A DNA stretch of 64,000 nt from an uncultured Chloroflexia bacterium (GTDB lineage: Bacteria > Chloroflexota > Limnocylindria > Limnocylindrales > CSP1-4), in assembly GCA_963746845.1 (NCBI GenBank), contig CAVVCZ010000007.1, positions 92,938-156,937 of the forward strand. Reading direction: 5' to 3'. The notes beneath the pieces were generated by a model that saw only the letters and a program-made list of their open reading frames with translations, was not told where the DNA came from and made no database searches. Made by a program: the position numbers and the translations under genes. Numbering within the stretch: the first letter of the stretch is position 1; the number at the start of each line of letters is the position of its first letter. This document shows positions 18,695-28,177 of the stretch, piece after piece.

Positions 18695-19191
18695 GCTCCG
18701 ATACGCTCCAGCTGTACCTCCTTCGCCACGCCGACGCGGGCGATTCGGCGGCGTGGGATGGCGACGACGCCCATCGGCCGCTCAGCCCGAAGGGCGAGGC
18801 CCAGGCCGAGCGCCTCGCGACGTTCCTGCACGGGATCCGGTTCTCGACCGACGCCCTGATCACGTCGCCCAAGGTGCGGGCGCTGCGCACCGCGGAGATC
18901 GTCGCCGACGGTCTCGGCGCGACGGTTCGGGTGGACGATCGCCTGGGGCTGCCGTACGAGCTGGCCACGATCGACGAGATCCTCGCCGATGCCGGATCGC
19001 CTGAGCGGCCCGTGCTGTCAGGCCACGACCCGGAGTTCAGCCACGTGCTGTCGGTCCTGGCCGGCGCCGGTGACCTGATCATGAAGAAGGGCGCGTTCGC
19101 GCGAATTGACGTCCGCGGCCGGGTCGCCGACGGGCGCGGCACGCTGCGCTGGCTGATCCCACCGGACCTGCTGAATCGGGACCGCCGCTGA
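18691..19191 (+). CDS. sixA: Phosphohistidine phosphatase SixA
   Basis: LYLLRHADA, HRPLSPKG, TSPKVRALRTAE, GHDPEFS, MKKGA; GTG overlaps the arsC stop. Confidence 0.9.
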   Translation: MSSDTLQLYLLRHADAGDSAAWDGDDAHRPLSPKGEAQAERLATFLHGIRFSTDALITSPKVRALRTAEIVADGLGATVRVDDRLGLPYELATIDEILADAGSPERPVLSGHDPEFSHVLSVLAGAGDLIMKKGAFARIDVRGRVADGRGTLRWLIPPDLLNRDRR

Positions 19192-19310
19192 GGGTCGACC
19201 GGACTCGACGGATGTCCATGCCGCCGTGAACCCGCGTCCATGTCCCGCGCCACCCCTCGGGACGACGATGGCCCCACCAGTTGCCATTCGCCCAGAGGAT
19301 CGTGACCGTC

Positions 19311-19484
19311 ATGCAGCCACTCGCCGCCTACTACGTCTTCCTCGCGAACGAGGAGGCCCGCCAGGCCGACGCTCGTCCGCATTACCGCACCCAGACGCCG
19401 CGCCGCTCGACCCGATCCCGGTTCAGCGCCGCCGTCGCCACCCTCGCCCGGCCCGTTCGCCGGAGCGCGGGATCACCCGCCTGA
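19311..19484 (+). CDS. Small hypothetical protein (57 aa)
   Basis: SD AGAGGA upstream; GC3-rich codons; MQPLAAYYVFLANEEARQA. Confidence 0.55.
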   Translation: MQPLAAYYVFLANEEARQADARPHYRTQTPRRSTRSRFSAAVATLARPVRRSAGSPA

Positions 19485-19521
19485 CCGCCCCTCCGATCCG
19501 CCGGCCTGATCCGTTCCGCGG

Positions 19522-20776
19522 TCAGCCGGCTCCCGTCGGGACGACGAGCGGCTCGTCGTCCTCCGCGTCGATCGGGAACGGCAGCGCGATCGGATCGGTC
19601 GCCAGCCGGCTCCGGCCGGCGGCATCGAACCGATCGAGGCCGAGATCGCCGACGTCGACGACGTCCGTCGATCCGGTCATAGCCAGGTCCGCGGCGACGC
19701 GCGCCACGCCCGGTCCCCACATCATCCCGTGACCGCCCGCCGAGGCGATCGTCACGCCCGAGATCCGCTCGCCGGCCGCCGACAGGCCCGGCCCGAGGAT
19801 CGGCAGATGGTCGGGCGTGAAGTCGATCGTCGCGGCCCAGATCTTCCGGAGGCCGAGCCCGCGGGTCACCGGCACGAACCCCGCCAGGCGATCGCGCATC
19901 GCCTCGTACATCGCCCAGTCGATGGCGCGGGCCTCGCCGGGCCGATCGCTCGGGTCGCTCCAGCCGAACAGCAGCCCGCCCTCCTCGAGGCGCCAGTACA
20001 GGCCCGCCCCGATGTCGAACACCATCGGCTGGCGCTCGACGGCGAACGCCTCGTGCGGCTGCGAGGACCGCGACCGTGTGGCGGACGGCGCCCGCCGGGA
20101 TCCGGATGCCCGCCAGCCGGCCGACGGCTCGCAGCCCGGGACCGCCGGTGAGCAGCACCCGCTCCGCCGCGATCGGTCCGTGGTCCGTCACGACCCCGAC
20201 GACCCGTGACCCGCCACCGGGGAGCGGCTCCGTCCGGAGACCCGTGAACGCGGTGTGCTCGCGCAGCTCGACGTCGGCGCGGTCCATCGCGAGCGAGTAG
20301 GCGCGGACGTTGCGGGGCGGGTCGATGTGGCCGTCCGTCGCGAGGTAGCTGCCGCCGCGATGCCCGTCCGGGCTCAGGGTGGGGTTCAGGGCGACGGCCT
20401 CGGACGGCGAGACCCAGCGGACGTCGAGGCCGGCCGCTCCGCTGCATCGCGACGCGCTCGCGACCGGACCGCTCGTCCTCGTCGGTGACCGCGAGGATCA
20501 GGTAGCCGAGCTCGCGGAAGCCGCTGTCGGTGCCGAACGTCGCCGACTGACGACGGTAGAAGTCGATCGACCAGCGGCCGAGGGCGACGGTTGTCGGCGT
20601 CCCGCCCTGGGCCCGGACGATCCCCGCCGCGCGGCTGCTCGCGCCCTGGCCCGGCGATCGCCGCGCTCGACGACGACGACCCGCCCGGCGCCGTCCATCG
20701 CGGCGAAGGTGCTCGCCCAGCCGCCGATCGTGCCCGCGCCGACGACGACGAGATCCGCGCGTTCCGTGCTGCTCAC
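19522..20776 (-). CDS. FAD-dependent oxidoreductase (sarcosine oxidase beta / DAO family), frameshifted
   Basis: DLVVVGAGTIGG, ASSRAAG (shifted frame), WAATIDFTPDHLPILG, GGHGMMWGP. Confidence 0.88.
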
Positions 20777-20855
20777 GTCGGGAGGATAGGCCGGGGCCGG
20801 GCGCCGCCGGTCGGCGCGTCGCGATGGTCGGGCCGGGTGAGCCGTCGAGGACCGA

Positions 20856-21532
20856 TCAGCCGTCGAGGGCCGCGGCCTCGCGCAGATCGCGACGACGCCG
20901 AGACGCTCGAAGCGCCGGTAGGTCGCCCGGCGGCGGACGGTCCAGGTCGCGACCTCCAGGCCCGCGTCGCGGGCGCGCCCGATCCCGGCCGGATCGAGCG
21001 CGTGCCACTCGATCGAGACGCCGCGGCACCCCAGGTCGACGGCACGGCCGATCGTGTGCGGCGAGGCGTCACGAGAGTTGAGCCAGCGCGGCCAGGTCGG
21101 CGCCCAGTCCGCGATCCGCGCGAGCGTGGCGTCCCAGAAGGACGACACGACGGCTCGCTCGAGACCCGGACCACGGCCGGCGACGATCGTCTCGAACGCG
21201 CCGCGTCCGGGGTCACCCTTCAGCTCGATGTCGAGGAACGCTCGGCGCGGGGCAGTCGCGAGGACCTGCTCCAGGCTCGGCACCCCGAGCCGCTCCAGCT
21301 CGTCGGCCGTCAGGTCGGCCACGCGGTCATGCAACCCATGGACCCGTAACAGCGTGTCATCGTGGTAACAGACGGCCACGCCATCGCGGGACGCCCGCAC
21401 GTCGAACTCCAGGCCGTCACAGCCCGGAACGTCCAGGGCGGCCAGGAACGCGGCGATCGTGTTCTCGGGGGCGCGTCGCCAATCGCCGCGATGGGCGAGC
21501 CGGAGCGCCCGCGGCGACAGGGGCTCGATCAT
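20856..21532 (-). CDS. Glycerophosphodiester phosphodiesterase (GDPD); indel near C-terminus
   Basis: LAHRG, APENTIAAF, GLEFDVRASRDG, HDDTL, DIELK, VSSF, TWTV. Confidence 0.92.
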
Positions 21533-22278
21533 CCGCCCACCGAGAGCCGGGCGGACAGCCCGAAGTGGTCGGACGGATAGAGCGTCGGATCGCCGACCGC
21601 CGGCCGATCGAACGCCAGCCGGCAACGCTCCACCCGGACCGGGCCGCGGACCCAGATGTAGTCGAGGCAGCCGTCGAACCCGTCGTCGTCCTTGGCCGGC
21701 GCATCGAGGCCTGACGGCCACGTGACGGGGGGCTCGAACCCGTTCGCCTCGAGGTGGGCGGAGCGGAACCCGGCGTCGGTCATCCGCGCGTAGGTCGGCT
21801 CGTCCGGCTCGGCGTTGAAGTCACCGACGACGATCAGCGCGTCGGTTCCATGCGCCGTGTCGAGCCACTCGATCAGCTGGCGCGCCTGGTCGTCCCGGTG
21901 GGCCTCGTGGGCCGTGACGTGGTGGAGATGGGTCACGACCATCCGGACCGCCTGGCCGCCGGCAAGCCGCACCGTGGTTCGGAGGGCGGAGCGGGCGATC
22001 CCGAGGTCCAGACGCTCGGGTTCGGCGGCCGCGAGTGGCTGACGGATCAGAAGCGCGTTCCCGTATTCCGGTCGCCCGGCCCACGCCCGGACGCTCTCAT
22101 AGCGACCCTCGCCGGCCGCCCCGATCAGGCGGTCCTGCTGGAGCGGGTAGACAACCTCCTGGAGCCCCAGCAGGTCGGGCTGGAGTGCGGCCATGTCGGC
22201 GAGGAGCAGTGGCAGGCGCTCGTCCCAGCGGTCGGCCAGGTTCCGGATGTTCAGGGTCGCGACGTGGACGGATTCCAT
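21529..22278 (-). CDS. Endonuclease/exonuclease/phosphatase (EEP) family protein
   Basis: ATLNI, GLQEV, YGNALL, THL, GDFNA, LDYIW, SDHFG. Confidence 0.93.
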   Translation of the reverse strand: MESVHVATLNIRNLADRWDERLPLLLADMAALQPDLLGLQEVVYPLQQDRLIGAAGEGRYESVRAWAGRPEYGNALLIRQPLAAAEPERLDLGIARSALRTTVRLAGGQAVRMVVTHLHHVTAHEAHRDDQARQLIEWLDTAHGTDALIVVGDFNAEPDEPTYARMTDAGFRSAHLEANGFEPPVTWPSGLDAPAKDDDGFDGCLDYIWVRGPVRVERCRLAFDRPAVGDPTLYPSDHFGLSARLSVGG

Positions 22279-22322
22279 GGGTGCAGTGTGCCGTGCGGGC
22301 GACGGATCGTCCGCGGCGCGCG

Positions 22323-23714
22323 TCAGCTGGCGCCGATCGGCGACGCCGCTCGCGACGACACGGGAAGGGCGAAGGTGAACGTCGAGCCTCGACCCTCCTC
22401 GGACTCGACCCAGATCCGGCCGCCGTGCTGCTGGATGACGTGGCGGGCGATCGCCAGCCCGAGACCCGTCCCGCCGCCGCGCACGCGCACCCGATCGACC
22501 TTGTAGAAGCGCTCGAAGATCCGGTCCTGGTCGCTCGTCGGGATCCCGACACCATGGTCTTCGACGGAGAGCGTGATCTCGTCGCCGTCGTTGCGCACCG
22601 TGACGCGGACCTCGTCGGGCGTCCCGTCGCCCCGATCCGATCGAACCGTCATGGGCTCGTCGTCTTCGAGGCCGCCCGGGCGGCCGAACTTCAGCGCGTT
22701 GTGGACCAGGTTGACCACGACCTGACCGAGACGCGCCTCGTCGCCGCGCAGCGCCGGCACGCGTGGCGGCACGTCGACGACCAGCCGCAGGCCCTGTCGA
22801 TCCGCGAACACGCGGAGACGGTCGGCGGCCTCGATCGCGACCCGCCCGAGGTCGACCTCCTCCAGCAGGAGCGGCCCGCCGCCCTCGATCCGGGCGAGAT
22901 CCAGCAGCTCGTTGACCATCTGGACGAGGTGCCCGGTCTCGACCTCGATCTTCCCGATCCGGTCGCGCATCTTCGGTGGGACGCCGTCACCTGCCGCCTC
23001 GGCCTCCCGGACGAGCGTCTCGGCGAGAAGGCTGACCGTGGACAGCGGCGTCCGCAGCTCGTGGGACAGGTTGTCGACGAACTCGGTGCGGATCTGCTGG
23101 AGCCGCCGGAGCTCCGATACGTCCTCGAGGACGACCCACACCCCGAGCGTCGGCGAGTGACGTGCACGGATCACGAGGATCGGTCCGTCCGGCCCCGGCA
23201 ACCGGTACTCGCCGGACGATCCGCCGGTTCGCCCGGCGATGGCGATCAGATCCTCGACCCGGGCGTCGACGAACGCCTCCAGCGCGGTCCTGCCTCGGAG
23301 CGAGCGGGGCGGGCGCCGCAGGAGCGCATGCGCTGCGGCATTCGCCAGATCGATTCGGCCCGATTCATCGAAGCGGAGGATGCCGACGCCCATCAGGTCG
23401 GCCAGGTACGACGCATTGCGGACCTGCTGATCGAGCTCGAACTCCGACGCGGCCAGGCGATCGCGTAGACGGCGCGCGAGCGTCGGCAGATCGGCCTCCG
23501 CATCACCGTCGACGGGAGCCGGAACCAGAGAGCGTCCTGCGGCGACCGGCTCGCTGGCGTTGGAGACCGGGATGGCGCGTGTGGTCGTTCCACCGGCCCG
23601 GACCAGAGCGTCGCGTGCGGCCCTGATCTGGCGGCCCCGATCCAGTGCGACCCCGACCGCGATCGCAAGGGCGATCCCGAGGAGGGCGACGAGGGCGACG
23701 GCGATCCCATCCAT
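22323..23714 (-). CDS. Sensor histidine kinase, PhoR/SenX3-like (1 TM, PAS-like, HisKA, HATPase)
   Basis: EDVSELRRLQQIRTEFVDNLSHELRTPL, NLVHNALKF, DHGVGI, IFERFYKVDR, GGTGLGLAI. Confidence 0.92.
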   Translation of the reverse strand: MDGIAVALVALLGIALAIAVGVALDRGRQIRAARDALVRAGGTTTRAIPVSNASEPVAAGRSLVPAPVDGDAEADLPTLARRLRDRLAASEFELDQQVRNASYLADLMGVGILRFDESGRIDLANAAAHALLRRPPRSLRGRTALEAFVDARVEDLIAIAGRTGGSSGEYRLPGPDGPILVIRARHSPTLGVWVVLEDVSELRRLQQIRTEFVDNLSHELRTPLSTVSLLAETLVREAEAAGDGVPPKMRDRIGKIEVETGHLVQMVNELLDLARIEGGGPLLLEEVDLGRVAIEAADRLRVFADRQGLRLVVDVPPRVPALRGDEARLGQVVVNLVHNALKFGRPGGLEDDEPMTVRSDRGDGTPDEVRVTVRNDGDEITLSVEDHGVGIPTSDQDRIFERFYKVDRVRVRGGGTGLGLAIARHVIQQHGGRIWVESEEGRGSTFTFALPVSSRAASPIGAS

Positions 23715-23766
23715 GCCGCCCGAGCATCGCACACGCGGCGACCGTCGGCCGCCGCGTGGCGTCCCG

Positions 23767-24732
23767 CTAAGGCGTCAGCCAGACCCGGTAGTCGCGGATC
23801 GACTGGGGCGAGCCGTCCTTCTCGGACGGGTCGTAGACGTGGAGGGTCCCGTACTGCGCCTTTGAGACCGTGTAGGCGATCGACGTGTCGAACGTGCCGC
23901 GGCAGCCGCTGCCGCACGTCGCCATCACCGGCTTGTCGGCGATCGCCTTGCCGGACCCGTCGAGGATCGAGATCCGGAACTGCGCCTCGAACACGTCCGC
24001 CGACCCGGTGACGTGCGCGGGGTTCCCGATCGCCGCGTTCCACGCGGGCCGGTCGACCCAGATCGCCGGGAGGAGCGAGACGAAGTCGGCCCGCCCGAGC
24101 GCCTTGGCCGGGGCAACACCCTCGACCTGGATCGCGACGGACTTCACCGTCGGGAACTGGGTGAGCGTGTAGACGACCTGGCCCGCACGGGTCTGGACGC
24201 CGCTCGCGTCGCCCCCGGCCGCGAACTCGCTCGAGAGGTTGACGGTCGCGACTCCGCTCGCGATCGACAGGCCGAGGAGCTGCGTCCCCGACGGCACGGC
24301 CGTCGAGATCGAGTTCCGGGTCTCCATCGCGGTGGGTCCGGCCAGCAGGGCGTTCAGGGCTGCCGTCGCGACGGCCTTCGTCGAAGGCACCTCACGGAGC
24401 GTCGCCACGAGTCCCGCGCTGCCCTCGCCGCCACCGAGCCAGAAGTAGGTGCGGAGGATCGTGGTCCCACCCGGTGCGGGCGTTGGAGACGGGGTGGCGA
24501 ACGGCGTCGATGGCTCGGTCGTCGGCTGACCGGTCGGCTCGCTCGATGGGGTCTCGCTCTGGCTCGGCGACGGGGCCGGCGTGACGTCCGGGCTGCCGAG
24601 CGCGACCGACGGCTCGGGCGAGGCCGAGACCACCGGCACGGAGCCGAGCGGGCCGCTGCCGCCGCACGCGACGGCGAGTGCCGCGATCACGAGAAGGACG
24701 AGGATGGTGGGCGCTGAGCGTCGGGTCGTCAT
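23767..24732 (-). CDS. Lipoprotein with GerMN and Gmad2 Ig-like domains
   Basis: Lipobox AVAC, PS-rich linker, ALLAGPT, ATVNLSSEF, QVVYTLTQFPTV, VTGSADVFEA; start 24732 or 24759. Confidence 0.85.
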   Translation of the reverse strand: MTTRRSAPTILVLLVIAALAVACGGSGPLGSVPVVSASPEPSVALGSPDVTPAPSPSQSETPSSEPTGQPTTEPSTPFATPSPTPAPGGTTILRTYFWLGGGEGSAGLVATLREVPSTKAVATAALNALLAGPTAMETRNSISTAVPSGTQLLGLSIASGVATVNLSSEFAAGGDASGVQTRAGQVVYTLTQFPTVKSVAIQVEGVAPAKALGRADFVSLLPAIWVDRPAWNAAIGNPAHVTGSADVFEAQFRISILDGSGKAIADKPVMATCGSGCRGTFDTSIAYTVSKAQYGTLHVYDPSEKDGSPQSIRDYRVWLTP

Positions 24733-24755
24733 CGGGATGGCCCTCGGATACGGGT

Positions 24756-26189
24756 TCATCGACCTTCAGCGTCGGCGTTCGGGGTCGCAGGGGCATCGCC
24801 GAGCGGTAACGGTATGGTCACGGGCAGGACGAGATCGAGCGCGAGGCCGCCGCTGTCGCGGTTGCGGGCATGGAGCACCCCGCCGATCAGGGCCGCGTGC
24901 TCCGCGGCGATCGCGAGGCCGAGGCCGCTCCCCCCGCGACGCGACGGATCGGCCATGTAGAACCGATCGAAGATCCGCTCCAGGCGGTCCGGCGGAACGC
25001 CAGGCCCACGGTCGGCGACGGTGATCTGGACGCGGTCGGCCGAGGCACGCATCGCCACGACCACGAGGGCGCCGGGCGCGTGCTCGCGGGCGTTGTCGAG
25101 CAGGTTGCCGAGGATCCGCTCCAGACGCCGAGGATCGGTCTCGATCACGACCCGTTCGTCCGGCAGCTCGAGGACAGCGTCCCGATGGCGGGCCCCGGCG
25201 GTGTCCCGGATCAGCCGGTTGAGGTCGACCGGCTGGCTGCGGACCTCCTCGCCGGCCGCGTCGAACCGCGACAGCTCCATCAGGTCCTCGACGAGCACCC
25301 GCATCCGTCCGACGTCCTGGACGACCAGCTCACCCGCTCGCCGCGCGTCCGGTGGCAGCGCGTCGAGGTGGTCCCGCAGGATCGAGACTTCCGCGACGAG
25401 CGCGGCGACCGGCGTCCGCAGCTCGTGGCTGACGTCGGCGACGAACCGGCGGTTCTGGGTCTGGGCGGACTCGAGCCGGACGATCGTCTCCTGGAGCGTG
25501 TCGACCATCTCGTTGAACTGCTGCGCCCAGACCCCGAACTCGTCGTCGGAGGTGAGCGGAACGCGCGCGGCGAGGTCACCGTGGGCGATCCGCTGCGCGG
25601 TCCGGGCGGCCTCGTCCACGGGCGCGAGCACGCCCCGGGCGACGACCCGCGACGCGACGAGGGCGATGATCACGAGGACGATCGTGCCGGCGGCGAGCGC
25701 ATACCGGAGCTGGAGCAGCGTGTCCTCGATCGCGGTTTCGTCGCGGATGAACCAGATGGCGGGACCCGTGCCGGACACGCGACCGCCGACGATGAGGCTC
25801 GACCGTCCGGTCACCGGCTGCCACGAATAGGCGATCTGGCCCTGGTCGACGAGCGTCCGTACGTCGGCCGGGATCGTCTCGAGGGTGCCGCGCAGGGTCG
25901 CCGGACTGTAGAAGGCGTCGCCGCCCTGCGGGACGATGATCGTGTCGAGACGGCGGCGCTGGAACGCGTCGGCGAGGTCCTGGACCTGGGCCCCGGTCGG
26001 CGGCTCGTCGAGCCGGCCCGGAGCGAGGATCGACAGGTCGAACGCGGCCTGATCGGCGGCCTCGTGGAGGGCCTGCTCGTGGAGGCGGCTGTCGACGAAG
26101 ACGTAGGCCGCGACCCCGAGGACGACGGCGGTCAGGACGACGAGGGCGACGATCGTGACCGTCAGCCGGCCGCGAACGCCGCTCAGCAT
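24756..26189 (-). CDS. HAMP-domain sensor histidine kinase (MtrB/CseC-like)
   Basis: 2 TM, HAMP (GDLAARVP..DEF..FNEM), FVADVSHELRTP, NLLDNA, DRGPG, GSGLGLAI. Confidence 0.95.
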   Translation of the reverse strand: MLSGVRGRLTVTIVALVVLTAVVLGVAAYVFVDSRLHEQALHEAADQAAFDLSILAPGRLDEPPTGAQVQDLADAFQRRRLDTIIVPQGGDAFYSPATLRGTLETIPADVRTLVDQGQIAYSWQPVTGRSSLIVGGRVSGTGPAIWFIRDETAIEDTLLQLRYALAAGTIVLVIIALVASRVVARGVLAPVDEAARTAQRIAHGDLAARVPLTSDDEFGVWAQQFNEMVDTLQETIVRLESAQTQNRRFVADVSHELRTPVAALVAEVSILRDHLDALPPDARRAGELVVQDVGRMRVLVEDLMELSRFDAAGEEVRSQPVDLNRLIRDTAGARHRDAVLELPDERVVIETDPRRLERILGNLLDNAREHAPGALVVVAMRASADRVQITVADRGPGVPPDRLERIFDRFYMADPSRRGGSGLGLAIAAEHAALIGGVLHARNRDSGGLALDLVLPVTIPLPLGDAPATPNADAEGR

Positions 26190-26217
26190 CCGGCTCGTCG
26201 ATCGTCCGGCGGCCGGG

Positions 26218-26907
26218 TCACCGGACGGCCTTGTAGCCGGCGCCTCGGACCGTCTGGATCAGCTCCGGCGTGGCCGGGTCCGCCTCGACCTTCGAGCGGA
26301 GGCGCTGGATCGCGACGTCGACGAGCCGGGAGTCGCCGAGATAGTCGTAGCCCCAGACCCGATCGAGCAGGACGTCTCGCGTCAGCACCTGGCCGGCATG
26401 CCGGACGAGCTCGAGGAGGAGGTCGAACTCCGTGCGGGTCAGCGGGACGTCGGCGCCGTCCCGGGTGACGGTCCGGCCCGCGACGTCGATCGCGAGCGGG
26501 CCGAGCCGCAGGGCCGCCGGCTCGTCCACGCCCGAGCCGGCACGCCGCAGGGCGGCGCGAAGCCTGGCAATCAGCTCCGGCAGGTCGAACGGCTTGCGGA
26601 CGTAGTCGTCGGCGCCGGCCTCGAGCCCGACCACGACGTCCATGGTGTCGGCGCGGGCGGTGAGCATGACGATCGGGATCGTCGAGACCTTCCGGATCTG
26701 GCGGCAGACCTCGTAGCCGTCGAGCCGCGGCAGCATGATGTCGAGGAGGACGAGGTCGAACGGCCCGGCCCGGAAGCGCTCCAGGCCCTCGACGCCATCG
26801 GCGGCGGTGACGACCTCGAAGCCCGCGGCGCCCAGCCCGATCGCCGTCACCTCGCGGATCGACGGGTCATCCTCGACGAGCAGGATGCGAGCGTCGGGGG
26901 GTGGCAT
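26218..26907 (-). CDS. OmpR-family response regulator (MtrA/CseB-like)
   Basis: ILLVEDD, LLDIMLP, MLTARADTMDVVVGLEAGADDY, LTRTEFDLL, VWGYDYLGDSRLVDV, TVRGAGY. Confidence 0.95.
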   Translation of the reverse strand: MPPPDARILLVEDDPSIREVTAIGLGAAGFEVVTAADGVEGLERFRAGPFDLVLLDIMLPRLDGYEVCRQIRKVSTIPIVMLTARADTMDVVVGLEAGADDYVRKPFDLPELIARLRAALRRAGSGVDEPAALRLGPLAIDVAGRTVTRDGADVPLTRTEFDLLLELVRHAGQVLTRDVLLDRVWGYDYLGDSRLVDVAIQRLRSKVEADPATPELIQTVRGAGYKAVR

Positions 26908-27059
26908 CCGGACGTCCACCACGGCGTGCGCTGCCTCCGGTCGTGACGGCCGGCCGGTCGGCCGGGCTCGGCCGCAGGATACCGCCGGGCCGACACGCGA
27001 TGAACAGGGCGCGGAGCCGGATCGGGTCACCGTTGTGTCGCAACGTCCCATCTCCCACT

Positions 27060-27100
27060 AGGCTATTGACATTAGCCTTCAAGGCTATACCATGTAGCCA
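27060..27100 (+). promoter_or_regulatory. Sigma70 promoter (TTGACA-16-TACCAT) overlapped by two GGCTA-N7-TAGCC operators, probable TetR sites
   Basis: ggctaTTGACAttagcc (27061-27077) and ggctaTACCATgtagcc (27083-27099). Confidence 0.8.
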
Positions 27101-27128
27101 TCATCCCTGGTTGCACGAGGAACACGCC

Positions 27129-27575
27129 ATGACCACGCCCACAAGCACCTTCCAGAACTCCGCCGTCGGCACGACGACGGCTCCCCTCCCCGCGGCCGGC
27201 ATGACGTACGGGGCCGTCCGCACCTGGCTGCGGCTCGAGGGCGTCGCGGCGTTCTTCTCCGGACTCGCCCTGTTCGCCCTGACGGGCGGGAACCCCCTCT
27301 TCGTGATCCCGCTCCTGCTCGTCCCGGACATCTCGGCCGTCGGGTATCTCGGCGGACCACGGATCGGAGCCTTCACCTACAACCTGGTCCACAACTGGTC
27401 GTCGGGCCTGTTGGTGCTCGGACTCGCGGTCGCGGCCGGATCGCCGGGCCTCCAGCTCGCGGCCGCGATCCTGATCGCCCACGTCGGCATGGACCGAGCG
27501 GTCGGCTATGGACTGAAGCTACCGACCTCGTTCCAGGACACGCATCTCGGGCGCATGGGACGATCGAAGGCGTGA
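27129..27575 (+). CDS. DUF4260 family membrane protein
   Basis: LRLEG, LLVPDISAVGY, YNLVH, AHVGMDRAVGYGLK..F.DTHLG; SD GAGGA. Confidence 0.92.
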   Translation: MTTPTSTFQNSAVGTTTAPLPAAGMTYGAVRTWLRLEGVAAFFSGLALFALTGGNPLFVIPLLLVPDISAVGYLGGPRIGAFTYNLVHNWSSGLLVLGLAVAAGSPGLQLAAAILIAHVGMDRAVGYGLKLPTSFQDTHLGRMGRSKA

Positions 27576-28162
27576 GCCCAGCCCGAGCCCGGACCTCGCT
27601 GCCCGAGATCGTCGCCGCCGCGCGAGACCTGCTCGAAGCCGACGGCCCCGAGGCCGTCACGATGCTCGTTGTCGGGGAGCGGGTCGGCGTGCGGGGTCCG
27701 TCCCTCTACAAGTGGATCCCGAGTCGCGGAGCGCTGCTGGCCGAGATCGGCGCCGCGACGCTGGACGACCTCGCGCGGGAGATCGACCCACTGAGCCGCA
27801 ATCCGGATCCCGCAGCCGGGCTCCGCGCGATCGCCACCGCGTACCGGGCATTCGCCCACGCCCATCCCCGGTCGTACGAACTGCTGTTCCTGAACCAGCC
27901 GACCGGCGCTCGACCACCAGTCGAGCGCTTCGCGATCGCCGCCGACCCGGTCATCGCACTGGCGGCGCAGCTCGTCGGGACCGAACGCGCCCTCGAGGCC
28001 GCGCGCCTGATCACGGCGTTCGCACACGGGTTCGTCTCGATGGAGCTCACCGGGGCGTTCCGACTGGGTGGCGATGTCGACCGGGCATACGACTACGGCG
28101 TCAGCGTCCTGGTCGAAGCCCTCGTGAGAGAAGGTTCGAGCGGTCGACCGTCATCCGGCTGA
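27572..28162 (+). CDS. TetR/AcrR family regulator (WHG-type C-terminus)
   Basis: EIVAAARDLL..VGVRGPSLYKW; AYRAFAHAHP.SY; FAHGFVSME. Confidence 0.92.
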   Translation: MSPARARTSLPEIVAAARDLLEADGPEAVTMLVVGERVGVRGPSLYKWIPSRGALLAEIGAATLDDLAREIDPLSRNPDPAAGLRAIATAYRAFAHAHPRSYELLFLNQPTGARPPVERFAIAADPVIALAAQLVGTERALEAARLITAFAHGFVSMELTGAFRLGGDVDRAYDYGVSVLVEALVREGSSGRPSSG

Positions 28163-28177
28163 TCGCGACGACGCGCG

